The notes under the pieces: generated by a model | Told to the model about the DNA's origin: nothing | Database searches by the model: none | Seen by the model: the letters and a program-made list of their open reading frames with translations, nothing else | Source of the DNA: Candidatus Zhuqueibacterota bacterium | GTDB taxonomy: Bacteria; Zhuqueibacterota; Zhuqueibacteria; Residuimicrobiales; Krinioviventaceae | NCBI GenBank assembly: GCA_016929295.1 | Contig: JAFGJB010000198.1 | Span: 6,391-70,390 of the forward strand | DNA: 64,000 bases | Reading direction: 5' to 3' | Translations under genes and position numbers: made by a program | In this document: positions 47,397 to 59,100 of the stretch, piece by piece | How the letters are laid out: each line of letters opens with the position of its first letter | Position numbering within the stretch: position 1 is the first letter of the stretch

Positions 47397-50300
47397 ATGG
47401 CTCGCTTCTCAAGAAAATTTTCTAATCCTTTTCATTTAGCCACTGCGACGATATTTTCCTTTCTGTTTGTTCCAATTTATGCGCAGGACGGGGGTGGGAG
47501 TAGTACGTCGATGCCATATTACATTGGCATGCGTCCCGATAGTTATGGTTACGATCCTCGCGTCGATTTGAACGAAAAACCAATCTTTTTGGGTTTTCAC
47601 AAAGATGGCGTTCGCTCTCAGATGATTGAAAGCCAGGTGCCGGGCCTCAAGAGGACGGTTGAAATCGATTCGACCGGCAAAAATATAAACTTTTCCGAGA
47701 AAATCGGCGACATCAACTACCGCCTGCCCCGCTATATACCACTCGATGAGTACGTCGAAACACGGCGACGTAATTACATGCGAGAAAAGTTTGTTCAGAC
47801 AACGACGAGCGGACTGGGAGATAAATTCTCGAAAAGCTCCGGCGGCGCCATCCGGATTGATATCCCGGTTGAGATCAAGAGCAAAGCCTTCCAAAAGATC
47901 TTTGGCGGCGGTACGGTCGGGCTTGATGTGTCAGGAGAAATAAATATCAAGGGCGGCTTCCGAAACGAGAAACGCAGTGAGGTCAAAACAGCGCTCAATC
48001 GCGGCTCGGATAACACCTTCAAGATGGAGCAAACCCAACGCTTCAATGTATCCGGCCATGTTGGCGAAAAGGTGACCATCAAAGTGGATCAGGATTCGGA
48101 GCGTACATTTGATTTCGAAAATAACATCAATCTGGAGTACAAGGGGTACGAGGACGAAATTGTCCAGACCATCCAGGCGGGAAATATTTCACTGGAATTG
48201 CCCGGCACCCGCTTTGTCACCTCGGGTGTGAAAAGTGCCGGGCTCTTTGGCATCAAAACATCAGCGCAGATCGGCAATCTCAAACTCGTGACCGTGGCCA
48301 GCCAGGAGAAGGGCGAGAAAAAAAAGCTGTCTCTCAAGGGCGGCGCGTCCGACGAGACCAAGGAGATTGATATCTCCCGCTATAAAAGAGGCGTCTATTT
48401 TTTTCTGAGCGAATTTTATCGTCATCAGTATGTCGATCGCGACCCGGATACCGGCAATCCAATCGTCCCCTTTGATCGCTGGCTGCAAAAGATTGAAGTA
48501 TACAAATCCGCGCCAAATTATCAGCAACAGTACGCCGAATCGATCCGGGGATTTGCCTTCGTGCCCGATTCGCTCGATGATGCCAGAGAGCAGATCATCA
48601 CCGGACCGCAAGACACGACGAATATCGACAATGTCACCCTCTATCGCGGCCATTTTTTAAGACTCGAAAAAGATGAGTATTTTGTCCATGATCAGATGGG
48701 CTATCTGCGTCTGAACACAGCACTGCAGGATGGCGAAGTACTGGCTGTTGCCTATGAAGATAGCGCCGGTCGATCGCGCGGTATGATCAATTATAATAAT
48801 ACGGTCGATGATGTCATTTATCTTCGAATGTTGAAAACCAAAGAACCGCGTCCCACTGATCCAAGCTGGAATCTGGAATGGAAGAATGTGTATGCACTTG
48901 GCGGCCGCAATATTGCGCAGGACGGTTTTGAATTTCGCATATACTACAAGCCACCGTCCGGAGACCCTGAAGAGACCGTGACAGATTCGAACGGCAACAA
49001 GATCACCTGGCTGCAGGCCTTTGGCTTTGACAACAGTAACGAGAGCGGCGATGCTATCCCGGATAACATTGTTGACAACAATCCGTGGGTGGTAAACTAT
49101 GCCCTGGGTGAGGTCTATTTCCCCCATCTGCGGCCGTTTGATCCCGGTGAACCATATTTGCGTTCGTTGCTGAAATCGAATGATCCGAACAAGAACAAAC
49201 TGGCGCCGGCCATCTATGATACGACGGTGCAGAGCGTCAAGGACAAGCAGGCCAAGTTCATTCTTGAAGTCAAGTCGCAAAATAAGAGCGCCGAATACAG
49301 CCTCGGCATGAACGTCATCGATGGCTCCGAAGAGGTGTCATTGAACGGACGGACGCTGACGCGCGGCGTCGATTATACCATCGACTATATGTTCGGGCGA
49401 CTGGTCATTCTCAACGAACAGGCGCTTGCTGCAAACGCCAATCTCGATATCAGCTATGAGAGCAACCAGTTGTTCCAGATTGACAAAAAAACGGTCATGG
49501 GGGCACGCGCCGAATATGCCCTGTGGGATGACAGCTTTATCGGCGCCACTTTCATGTATCTCAACGAGTCCACGCTGGATCAAAAAATTCGCGTCGGCAA
49601 GGGTCCGATGCGCAATATGATCTGGGACGTGAACACATCCCTCAGCGCCAAGCCGTTTTTCCTGACAAAAATGGCCAACTTTTTGCCGTTTGTTGATACG
49701 CGTCAACCTTCAACCATAAAGTTTGAGGGAGAGATTGCGCAAATATTGCCAAATCCGAATACGCGCAATAATGAAAAAACGGGTGATTATGATGGCGTCG
49801 CTTATATTGACGATTTTGAGGCTTCCAAGCGTATAACGCCATTGCCGATCATCCGCCGCGGCTGGCAATATTGTGCGCCACCCAAGGCAAAATACCCGAG
49901 CCTGCCGATCACCGATTTGTCTGATCGCGGCTGGATGACCTTTTATAATCCCTATAGTCAATACCCGATCAAGTGGATCTGGCCCAACCGCGATGTCAAT
50001 TCAAACGTCGCGCAAACGACAAATATCTTAAAGATGAATTTTGTTCCTTCTGAAGAAAGCGCCAACCCGCAAGAGTCGTGGTACGGCATTCAGAAATCGT
50101 TGTCCTCGGGTTACAGCAACCAGACTGAGGCAAAATATATCGAAGTGTGGATCAACAATGACCCGAACACCAGCGCTACAATGCACATAGACCTGGGACA
50201 GATTTCAGAAGATATCATTCCGAATCAAATATTCGACACCGAAGATGTCATGAAAAACGGCATCCGAAATGGCCTTTTGGATGAGGGTGAGGATATCGGG

Positions 50301-53300
50301 CTGGATGGTATGGCGAATGACGATCCCCGGGCTATTGCTTCCGGCGGTGACTTTTGGGATCTGAATGGCAACGGCCGCAGGGATCCTGGCGAACCCTTTA
50401 GTCTGGACGATTGGAAGTACGAACCGACAAATCCCGAAGAAACCCACGAAAGGGTCAATGGCACCGAAGGCAATGAAAATGATTCCGGCGGTCGTATCCC
50501 TGACAGCGAGGACCTGAACGGTAATGGCGATGTTGATCTGCGCAATGATTATTTTCATTTTGCCGTCAACTTGAATCACAATCACCCTGATTATGAAAAA
50601 TTTGTCATCGGCGCCAGTATTGTTGCGGAAGGTGAAAACGCCGGCGAAGACTATGGCTGGCGATTGTATCAAATCCCTTTGAATGAATTTAAAGAGATAG
50701 TGGGCAGCCCGGATTTGTCACTGGTGGAATATATTCGCGTATGGTTTGATGGCATGGGACCGGCGACGAAAGAACAACCGCATCAAATCTGGATCGCCGA
50801 AATCAACCTCGTCGGCAGCGATTGGAAAGAACAGGGAGTGGCGACAGCGGAAAAACCGGATGACTATGAAAAGGATGATGATACTTTTATTCTTTCCGTC
50901 GTCAACACCCACGACAATCCGCTTTACAAGCCGCCGCCCGGTGTCGAGGGTGAGGTCGATCGCATCACGCGAGTCGTCGCCAAAGAACAAGCGCTGGTAT
51001 TAAAAATGACCCAGTTGCTGCCTGGACATAATGTCAAAGCACAAAAGACGTTTTATGATCCGCAGGACTATATTTACTACAAAACGCTCAAGATGTTTGT
51101 ATATGGCGACTATCCGGCAGGTGCACCGGAAGGTGATTCGAGCGCAACCTATATTGATTTCTTTTTCCGATTCGGCGCAGATGAAAACAACTATTATGAA
51201 ATTCAAATGCCGGTGCAGCAGGGCTGGCGCGGCAATGATATCGAGATTGATCTGATCGAAATGTCGCAGCTAAAAGTGACGGTGCGAGCCGCCATTGACT
51301 CGACCGGCACAGAGTGGTATACCAAGGAGATGCCGCAACGACGAAAATGGGTGGTGCGCGGCAAGCCCGCACTGCGCAACATCAAGATGCTCGAGGCCGG
51401 CGTTATAAATAATACCGGGACTCCATTCACCGGTGAGGTGTGGATGAACGAGCTGCGCTTGTCCAGTGTCAAGAAAGATAAGGGCATTGCCATGCGCGCT
51501 CGTCTCGATTTCGCCTGGGCTGATCTCGTCCGCCTCAATGGTGAGATCGATCGAAAGGATGCGGATTTTCACAATGTGGGTGAAAGATTTGGCACGGGTG
51601 ACAACCAGTTCAGCGGTAATTTTGGCGCCAACATTTCTGTTGATAAATTTTTGCCATCAAAACTGGGCCTTTCTATACCTCTCTCGATGAACTATTCGAG
51701 AAGCGAATCAACTCCGAAATATATGCCGGGATCGGATATCGAGGTGACCGAGAATCTGCCCGACTCCTTGCTCGAGCAGATACGAACCTTCAACGAGAAA
51801 AAAGGCATGAGCGTATCGTTGGGTTTTAATTCCAGATCGCAAAAGTTTATTGTCAAACATGTTCTGCAGCCATTCAAGGTGAGTTATAGCCAAAACGAAG
51901 GAAATGGCAGTAACTCACGAACGAAATACTCGATTGATAAATCGCAGTCCGGCAATGTCAGCTGGAGCCTGGTTTTTGGCCGCGACAATTATCTGTTGCC
52001 ATTCAAGTGGGTGGGAACATCGCGTCTGTTGGCGAAAGTGTCGGATATGAAAGTGTACTACACGCCGCAATCGATCTCCGCGCAAATGGCTGCGACACGC
52101 AGCATGAGCGAGTCCATGACGCGAACGGGAGTGCTGTCAGAAAATAGCTCTTTCAAAATAACGCGCGGACTGTCTGGCAACATGAAGTTTATGGAAAGCC
52201 TGGCGCTGGATATGAGTCGTAATTACACCAATGACATGCGTGACGTACCTGACAGCCTGGTGCTGGACTATCTCAAAGCGGGGAATTTCGGTGAGCTGAC
52301 CAACATCGATCAAAATACCGGACTCAAGTTCAATCCAAATCTTTTCTCCTGGTTTACGACGAATTTCAACTACAATGTGAATTTCCGCTATGCCTATAAT
52401 CGTCAGCAAAAGATCTCGGCAAAGAGCTCGACACAAGGTAACACTTTTTCGGCTAATGGCAATTTGAATTTGACGACATTGATGAAGACGATTTACAAAC
52501 CGACAGGGCGAGCGGCCGCGCGTGGGCAGCGGCCGGCCCCATCGCGACCAAGGTCTGGCCAGGAAGGTGACTCTAAGGACGGAGAGGCCAAAAAGTCGGG
52601 CGGTTTTCCGATCATGGGCATCATCAGCGGCTTTTTCGAAATATTCGATCCGTTCAACGTAAAATACACGACGCGTGATAATTGGACAATTTACGGTCTC
52701 AGCGGCTTGCCGACGGCTCAATATCAACTGGGGCTCACAACAGATCCGGGTGTGCCGATGGAGATTGTCGAGACTGCGGGAGGAACCTCAACCGCCCGTA
52801 ATTCCAGCAGCGAGAACGAGACTTTCGGCGTTTCTTCCGGCATCAAGTTTGGAAGGAATATTACTCTGAGTATGAACTATGATAAAACATATTCGTTGAA
52901 CCAGAGCACAACATCGACCGGCCAACGTTCGCAAAGCTGGATGATTCGCGGTGATAGTCTTGGGATGCCGTTCCCGACATGGAACCTGCGGGTGAGCGGT
53001 GCAGAAAAGTTGCCGTTCTTGAAAGACTTGTTCCAGCGTATTTCTGTTGAGCATGGCTGGTCTGGAAAGCTCGATCAGACCTTCAATAAGGATAATGGCG
53101 TCGAAAACAAGACCAAAGAAGATGTCGACAGCCAATTCCGCCCGCTGATCGGCATCACGATGCAGATGAAAAATGGCATTTCTTTTTCCGTCAAGTACAA
53201 TATATCGACCCGGGAGAGCATTACGCTCACATCAGGCCAGGCCGGTACGCGAACAAGTGCGCAGGATCTCTCTGTCAGCGCCAGTTACTCGAAAAAGGGA

Positions 53301-53594
53301 GATTTCCGCATTCCGCTGCCTTTCCTGGGGCGGAAACGGTTGCAGAATGCGATCGATTTTGCCCTGAACTTTACCCTCGGCGATAACATCACAGAGAAAA
53401 GTAAAGGCGGGCCTTATGAAGTGACGGCAGAAACCAGCAAATGGATTTTAAAACCAACAGTAGATTACAGCTTTTCGAACCGCGTTCGTGGTGGCGCCTA
53501 TTTCGAGCTCGGAAAAACTCATAACAAGTTGATCGGCGATACGTCGTTCAAGGAATTCGGAATTAATGTGAGTATCTCGATTCGTGGTAACTAA
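47397..53594 (+). CDS. sprA: T9SS translocon / cell-surface protein SprA (Sov)
   Basis: A protein of more than 2000 aa with signal IYA|QD and a giant beta-barrel-like composition. The overall layout matches SprA-family proteins, and T9SS cargo and PorU-like genes are nearby. In-frame ATGs at 47334 and 47364 are alternative starts. Confidence 0.85.
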   Translation: MARFSRKFSNPFHLATATIFSFLFVPIYAQDGGGSSTSMPYYIGMRPDSYGYDPRVDLNEKPIFLGFHKDGVRSQMIESQVPGLKRTVEIDSTGKNINFSEKIGDINYRLPRYIPLDEYVETRRRNYMREKFVQTTTSGLGDKFSKSSGGAIRIDIPVEIKSKAFQKIFGGGTVGLDVSGEINIKGGFRNEKRSEVKTALNRGSDNTFKMEQTQRFNVSGHVGEKVTIKVDQDSERTFDFENNINLEYKGYEDEIVQTIQAGNISLELPGTRFVTSGVKSAGLFGIKTSAQIGNLKLVTVASQEKGEKKKLSLKGGASDETKEIDISRYKRGVYFFLSEFYRHQYVDRDPDTGNPIVPFDRWLQKIEVYKSAPNYQQQYAESIRGFAFVPDSLDDAREQIITGPQDTTNIDNVTLYRGHFLRLEKDEYFVHDQMGYLRLNTALQDGEVLAVAYEDSAGRSRGMINYNNTVDDVIYLRMLKTKEPRPTDPSWNLEWKNVYALGGRNIAQDGFEFRIYYKPPSGDPEETVTDSNGNKITWLQAFGFDNSNESGDAIPDNIVDNNPWVVNYALGEVYFPHLRPFDPGEPYLRSLLKSNDPNKNKLAPAIYDTTVQSVKDKQAKFILEVKSQNKSAEYSLGMNVIDGSEEVSLNGRTLTRGVDYTIDYMFGRLVILNEQALAANANLDISYESNQLFQIDKKTVMGARAEYALWDDSFIGATFMYLNESTLDQKIRVGKGPMRNMIWDVNTSLSAKPFFLTKMANFLPFVDTRQPSTIKFEGEIAQILPNPNTRNNEKTGDYDGVAYIDDFEASKRITPLPIIRRGWQYCAPPKAKYPSLPITDLSDRGWMTFYNPYSQYPIKWIWPNRDVNSNVAQTTNILKMNFVPSEESANPQESWYGIQKSLSSGYSNQTEAKYIEVWINNDPNTSATMHIDLGQISEDIIPNQIFDTEDVMKNGIRNGLLDEGEDIGLDGMANDDPRAIASGGDFWDLNGNGRRDPGEPFSLDDWKYEPTNPEETHERVNGTEGNENDSGGRIPDSEDLNGNGDVDLRNDYFHFAVNLNHNHPDYEKFVIGASIVAEGENAGEDYGWRLYQIPLNEFKEIVGSPDLSLVEYIRVWFDGMGPATKEQPHQIWIAEINLVGSDWKEQGVATAEKPDDYEKDDDTFILSVVNTHDNPLYKPPPGVEGEVDRITRVVAKEQALVLKMTQLLPGHNVKAQKTFYDPQDYIYYKTLKMFVYGDYPAGAPEGDSSATYIDFFFRFGADENNYYEIQMPVQQGWRGNDIEIDLIEMSQLKVTVRAAIDSTGTEWYTKEMPQRRKWVVRGKPALRNIKMLEAGVINNTGTPFTGEVWMNELRLSSVKKDKGIAMRARLDFAWADLVRLNGEIDRKDADFHNVGERFGTGDNQFSGNFGANISVDKFLPSKLGLSIPLSMNYSRSESTPKYMPGSDIEVTENLPDSLLEQIRTFNEKKGMSVSLGFNSRSQKFIVKHVLQPFKVSYSQNEGNGSNSRTKYSIDKSQSGNVSWSLVFGRDNYLLPFKWVGTSRLLAKVSDMKVYYTPQSISAQMAATRSMSESMTRTGVLSENSSFKITRGLSGNMKFMESLALDMSRNYTNDMRDVPDSLVLDYLKAGNFGELTNIDQNTGLKFNPNLFSWFTTNFNYNVNFRYAYNRQQKISAKSSTQGNTFSANGNLNLTTLMKTIYKPTGRAAARGQRPAPSRPRSGQEGDSKDGEAKKSGGFPIMGIISGFFEIFDPFNVKYTTRDNWTIYGLSGLPTAQYQLGLTTDPGVPMEIVETAGGTSTARNSSSENETFGVSSGIKFGRNITLSMNYDKTYSLNQSTTSTGQRSQSWMIRGDSLGMPFPTWNLRVSGAEKLPFLKDLFQRISVEHGWSGKLDQTFNKDNGVENKTKEDVDSQFRPLIGITMQMKNGISFSVKYNISTRESITLTSGQAGTRTSAQDLSVSASYSKKGDFRIPLPFLGRKRLQNAIDFALNFTLGDNITEKSKGGPYEVTAETSKWILKPTVDYSFSNRVRGGAYFELGKTHNKLIGDTSFKEFGINVSISIRGN

Positions 53595-54492
53595 ATTTTT
53601 GAAACTATTTTGTTCTTTCGCCCTGATCCTTCAAACAGGTTGCCGATCACAAAGTGGTCCGCCGGAGTTTGATGGGGAAAAAGCAATGGCCTATTTGAAG
53701 GCGCAGTGCGATTTCGGGCCGCGCAATCCCGGCTCTGCGGGGCACTGTCAATGCCGGGAGTATCTCGTCGCACAATTGAAAAAGAGTGCTGAATTTGTGA
53801 CGACACAGCAGTTTGTCTTTTCGTTCGGCTCGCCGCGCCAATCGATGACAGGATATAATATCATCGGCCGGTTTCGATTGGCTGTAAGAGATCGCGTGCT
53901 CTTGTGCGCGCATTGGGACACACGACCGTGGGCGGATGAGGATCCCGATGCGGCACATCACCAAATGCCGGTGTTGGGAGCAAACGACGGCGCCTCCGGC
54001 GTGGCGGTTCTCCTGCATATGGCTGAACTGATCGCGACAACTCCGCCGGCTGTCGGCGTCGATATCGTGTTTTTCGATGCCGAAGATGCGGGAACTCATC
54101 AGGAAAATCGAACGTGGGCGCTGGGCTCCGCCGCTTTTGCGCGCGAGTATGCCTATTCATTCAATCCTCGATATGCCATCTTGCTGGATATGATTGGTGA
54201 TGCGCAGCTAAATATTTATCAGGAAGCCTATTCAGTCGAATATGCTCGAGCCCTGGTCAACCGGCTGTGGGACAAAGCGGCTGAACTGGGAATAGATGAG
54301 TTCATTCCCGAGATGGGTTATGCTGTGTACGACGATCATATTCCGTTATTGCAGGCCGGCATCCAAAGCGTTGATATCATAGATTTTGATTATAAATATT
54401 GGCATACCCTGGCGGACACACCTGATAAATGCAGCGCCGCTAGCCTGGAAAAGGTTGGTCGTGTGGTGACCGCTGTTATCTATGAAGAATGA
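53584..54492 (+). CDS. M28-fold glutaminyl-peptide cyclotransferase-like (type II QC) lipoprotein
   Basis: VLLCAHWDTRPWADEDP, GANDGASGVAVLLHMAE and VFFDAEDAG resemble the bacterial animal-type QC of Porphyromonas (from memory). An M28 aminopeptidase is not excluded. Possible lipobox LQTGC. The GTG start overlaps the sprA stop. Confidence 0.6.
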   Translation: MVTKFLKLFCSFALILQTGCRSQSGPPEFDGEKAMAYLKAQCDFGPRNPGSAGHCQCREYLVAQLKKSAEFVTTQQFVFSFGSPRQSMTGYNIIGRFRLAVRDRVLLCAHWDTRPWADEDPDAAHHQMPVLGANDGASGVAVLLHMAELIATTPPAVGVDIVFFDAEDAGTHQENRTWALGSAAFAREYAYSFNPRYAILLDMIGDAQLNIYQEAYSVEYARALVNRLWDKAAELGIDEFIPEMGYAVYDDHIPLLQAGIQSVDIIDFDYKYWHTLADTPDKCSAASLEKVGRVVTAVIYEE

Positions 54493-54538
54493 CCTTCCTT
54501 TTCTGTAAAAAATCTGCATTTTAAAAGAGCGAGTCGCT

Positions 54539-55402
54539 ATGAAGGCGCAAGACTTTCTGCAAATACGTGTGCAGGTTCATTCTGAGATTGCGGACGTCGT
54601 GAGCAATTTCCTCTTTGAAAATGGCGCATACGGGATTGCGGAACAGGAAAACGACCTGCTGGCTTATTTTGACGGTTCCATAAAAGAAGAGGATCTTCTC
54701 CGTCCGCTTTTCACCTATCTGAACTCCCTGCGTGAACTCGTCAAAACAGACTTTGATATCGTCGTTGCAACAGAAATTGTGCCGCAGCGAGACTGGAGTG
54801 AAGAATGGAAAAAGACACTCCATCCGGTGCGCATCACTGAAAATATGGTTGTGAAGCCAAGCTGGCTGGACCCTCCTGCACCGGCGCCTCCCGTCCTCAT
54901 TGAAATTGATCCGGAAATGGCTTTCGGAAGTGGTGGACACTCTACGACCCGCATGATGCTGCGACTGATCGAAAAGAATGTTCATTCTGCCATCACATTG
55001 CTCGATGTTGGCACTGGCAGCGGCATTTTAGCCATCGCTGCCTTGATGTTAGGCGCTGATACGGCGTTCGCATTCGATATCGATGCCATCGCTGCGCAGA
55101 CGGCCCGGCGCAACGCGGACAAAAATGGCGTCTCCGGGCGTTTTTATGCATTTGCCGGCACCCTGGATGCCGTACGAGATCAACACTTTGATCTGATCCT
55201 CGCCAATATCAATCGCACGCAAATACTAAAAATGCTAAAACGGCTGTACGAGCTCCTCGCTCCAGGTGGACTCTGTTTGCTATCCGGCATTCTGGACAGC
55301 GAGGAGGAGATGATTCGCAATGCATGCCGGCAAAGTGGCTTGACGATAGAAACCTCTCTTTCCGAACAGGAATGGCTTGCCTTTGAAACACGAAAAAGAT
55401 AA
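54539..55402 (+). CDS. prmA: Ribosomal protein L11 methyltransferase
   Basis: W.EEWKK...P, IDPEMAFGSGGHSTT, LDVGTGSGILAIAA and ILANI. Confidence 0.85.
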   Translation: MKAQDFLQIRVQVHSEIADVVSNFLFENGAYGIAEQENDLLAYFDGSIKEEDLLRPLFTYLNSLRELVKTDFDIVVATEIVPQRDWSEEWKKTLHPVRITENMVVKPSWLDPPAPAPPVLIEIDPEMAFGSGGHSTTRMMLRLIEKNVHSAITLLDVGTGSGILAIAALMLGADTAFAFDIDAIAAQTARRNADKNGVSGRFYAFAGTLDAVRDQHFDLILANINRTQILKMLKRLYELLAPGGLCLLSGILDSEEEMIRNACRQSGLTIETSLSEQEWLAFETRKR

Positions 55403-55435
55403 ATTACGTAGGTAAAGAGATGAGCTAAAATATTG

Positions 55436-56074
55436 ATGAAATCCATATTGAAAATTTTCCTGGTTGCGGCCGTTTTGGCTGTTTCGGCCTCTTCCGCCCA
55501 ACATGGCGCCGTCGATGATTTTAAGATTATCGATAGCTCTCTGTGCGTATCCTATCATATCGACGAACTCTTGAACGAAAAAAGTATAGAGGCGCTGCAA
55601 CGGGGTGTGCAATCCGAGGTGGTTCACAAGATCCAGTTGTGGCAACAAAAGAGCTTTATTAATCCGTTGGAAAAAGAGCTCGATTACTGGATCAAAATTG
55701 TCTATGATAACTGGGAAAAAAAGTACAGAATTGAAACGCGGGATGGCTATCGATTGACCCCCAATATCGAGACGGTGAAAAAACAGTGCGCCTTTGTTGA
55801 ATATTTTCCGCTCGCCGATCTGCGAGAGCTGGTGCGGAACAGAAAATATTATGTGAGTGTTCAGGTGACTTTTCAATTGATTTCGGCCGAGAGCTACAGC
55901 GCTCTGAATGATATATTCACCGGCGAAAAAAAGAACGCCGAGACGCAGGAGAAAAAGACAGGTGGCTTTGTGAGTGTCCTCGTCAATTTGCTGGGCCTGG
56001 GCAACAAGGAATTTTCACTCAAATCCAGGGACTTTATTGTCACTGAATCCGACCAATTTGAGTATTCTCACTGA
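55436..56074 (+). CDS. Small secreted protein, possibly DUF4390-like
   Basis: Signal SSA|QH. The segment LCVSYHIDELLNEKSIEALQRGVQSEVVHKIQLW recalls DUF4390, but the assignment is weak. Confidence 0.35.
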   Translation: MKSILKIFLVAAVLAVSASSAQHGAVDDFKIIDSSLCVSYHIDELLNEKSIEALQRGVQSEVVHKIQLWQQKSFINPLEKELDYWIKIVYDNWEKKYRIETRDGYRLTPNIETVKKQCAFVEYFPLADLRELVRNRKYYVSVQVTFQLISAESYSALNDIFTGEKKNAETQEKKTGGFVSVLVNLLGLGNKEFSLKSRDFIVTESDQFEYSH

Positions 56075-56174
56075 TACCCCTATCCTGCTGTCCGCTGCCC
56101 GTGAAGTAAAATCAAATGAAATAAAATGAGATGCTAACGAGTTTATCGTATGAAAGTTCAACAGGAGAAGTGAA

Positions 56175-59100
56175 ATGAGACGAGTTCCCCTTTTGCTATT
56201 GATGAGCGCAGGTCTGCTCTTTTCAGGACAACCTGATGTGACTCCGGGACAGATGATCGCAAACCAGTTCAAAACCGTCGAGACCAACAGGCAATTGTCC
56301 GATATTGGCGCGGTCTTGGAGAAAATGGATGAAAATTTCGAGCGCGCTTTGCTGGATGCTGTGCGCGATGAATATCTCTCTCATAAATTGCAGAGTCAGT
56401 TGAAAGTTCATCTGACACCGCAAGAGATCGTGCCGCTGTTCATGCAAAAAATTGAAGCGGGGAGAAATGAGGCGCGGATGCGGCAAGCGCTCGCGCAAGC
56501 GTCACAAAGCCATCAGGCCGCAAACCAGTCGGGCGGCATCGCCGGGCGGGTGACCATAGGCGGCACGCCGCCACAACAGGATGTCACGGTCTATGCTTTT
56601 GACCGGCATGGATATTTTGCCGGCTCTTCGGGCGTGTCGCCCGAGACCGGCGACTATGCGATATCAGGACTGCGAAGCGATTCTTTCTACGTGATGACGC
56701 GAAGCAGCGAATATGCGGATCAGATCTATAAAAATGTCCCGGCCCAGCTGGGATCGAGAGAGGCCTGGCGACAAGCGGAAAAAGTCTTTGTCACGCTGGC
56801 GACCGTCAACGGCATCGATTTTGATCTCAAGCCGGGCGCCAGAATCACCGGCACGATCACGACCGCCGACGGCACACCGGTGGACGATCTGACGACCGTC
56901 GATTTCGTCGTGACGACCGACCGAGAGCCTCTGGTCATCGACAGGCGTTCGGCTGAAACCGGCGGCGGGACCTACGAGATGGTGCTGCCGGCGACGGGAC
57001 GTTTTAAAATACAAGCGACAATAGAAGGCTATGAGCCAACATGGCACGTGGATCAACAAGTCTGGGGTGACGCGACGGTCATCGAGATCACTGACCTGAA
57101 TTCGACGACCGTGGTGAATTTCAAAGTGAAAACATCGTCTGTGGCGCAATCGAGCGGCGCCGTGTCGGGCGCCATCTTTCCCGCCTTCCTGGCGATCTCG
57201 GCCGCCTTTTCCGCCGTCGACACCTCATTCGTGCAGCTCGGATTGTCACTGGGTCTTCCAAATGAATATGAAATTCAAGGTTTGCCGCCAGGCAGCTATT
57301 TCATCTATGCGGACGACTACCTCGGCACCCTCATTGGCGCCGGCAACTATCGCGGCGAGTTCTGGGACGGCGCCAATGGCACGCCCTACGTCAAAAAGGC
57401 CAAGCCGGTCACAGTGACGGCCGGGTCGACGACCGAGAATATCAATTTCATCCTGGATGCGGGCGCGAGCATCAAAGGGACCGTCCTCGATCACAGTAAT
57501 TCGATCCTGGACTCTCTGACCCTTGTGCTGCTGAATGCCGATGTGCTGGATTCCGATAGCGAGCCGTTTCTGGCAGAATTGGAGCTGCATGTGGTGAGCA
57601 CCGAATTCAATGGCAGCTACGAAATTCCCGGACTGCGTGCGGGCACCTATCTCCTGCGGACAGTATCCGACATTTTCATCAATTTCAACATATTCAGTAC
57701 CGACAGTATTTTGCTGGATGGTAAACACAAGGGCAAAGTGGTGGATCAGTTTTACGGCGGCGAGACGAATCTTTTCCGCATCATGGATGTCGAGCCCATT
57801 CTGCTCCAAGGGGACGACGAGGTTTTCACCGCTGATTTCAAACTGACAGCGCCACATTTCATTTCCGGCCACGTCCGTGATGCTGAAAATGATGCGCCCG
57901 TCACCGATGTGCTCGTGGCAGCGCTTGAAGATACCTCCGGCTATCCCCTCTTTCCGCTCGGCGCAATCGACAGTCTGGGGAACTATCGGATCGGCCCGCT
58001 GCCGACCGGTCATTATAAAGCCATATCGCTGACCGGATTGAGCGGTGAGAACGACTATTTGACCGAATACAACGACAATCAAAGAAGCTTTTATACGGCG
58101 AAAGTGATCGATCTGAATCAGAGTGAAGTGACCGGCATCAACTTTGAACTGGAGCGCGGCGCCACGATTCAGGGTTATGTCCATCTGGACAGCGAGAGTT
58201 TTCGGGCGGGTGCGGATACGCTGGCAGGGCTGCCGGTCGTCGCTTTTCATGAAGAGAGCGGAACGGTCGCCAGCTTTGATTACGTTCAGTTCAACGGCGG
58301 CTATCGCATCAATCGGCTGTTGCCCGGCCATTACAAGGTGGCGGCGATTCCGCAGCCGTCCGGATTTGCGGCGACCTATCTCGGCGGCGGCGCCACCTTT
58401 GATGCGGCGCAAAACAGCATTGTGAATCTTGATTTCGGCGATGTGACGGCGGATCAAATCATCGAACTGGGAAAGGGCACTGCATCGATCACCGGCACAA
58501 TCACCGATAGCGCGACCGGATTGCCGATATCGAGCGTCTTTGTTGGCGCCTATGATCAGACAGGACATCTCGTCGGTTATGCCCTGACAGATTACGATGC
58601 CAGAACCGGCCTGCAGATCAGCTCGAATGGCAGCTATGCCATCAAAGGACTTGCAGCCGGCGCCTATTTTGTTCGCACGGTGTCGCTGTTCACCGTTTTG
58701 CCGCTCCTCGATGATGCCATGTCACTTGTCGGACTATTCGAAAATTTCGATCTTTTCGGATTTTTACTCGATGGATCGCTGACCGGACTCAGCCTTGATG
58801 TGACCATTTATAAAGATTTATGGCACGCGGCGGAAAGGGCGGCCATGACCGTCAGTCTGGATGAGCTCGTGCTTCAGGTCAGCGCTTATGGTTTGCCGAA
58901 CAGCAACGATAACGCTCTGTTGCCGATTTATTTACCGTTGCCATTTTATGAAGCGGTTCCAATGGCTGCGACACAAGTCGTCTTGCAGCAAGGCGGATCG
59001 GCAAAAATCGATTTCATCCTGCCCAAAGGCGGATTGGGTGATATCATCACGGATATGGAGAATCATGCGACATCGCCCGCCGAGTTTTCCGTTCGGCAAA

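Noticed and set aside
57246-58568. A 440-aa ORF on the minus strand
   Set aside because: It is antisense to the repeat-domain T9SS cargo, whose frame has a signal peptide, a repeated domain pattern and a CTD. It is a shadow ORF.
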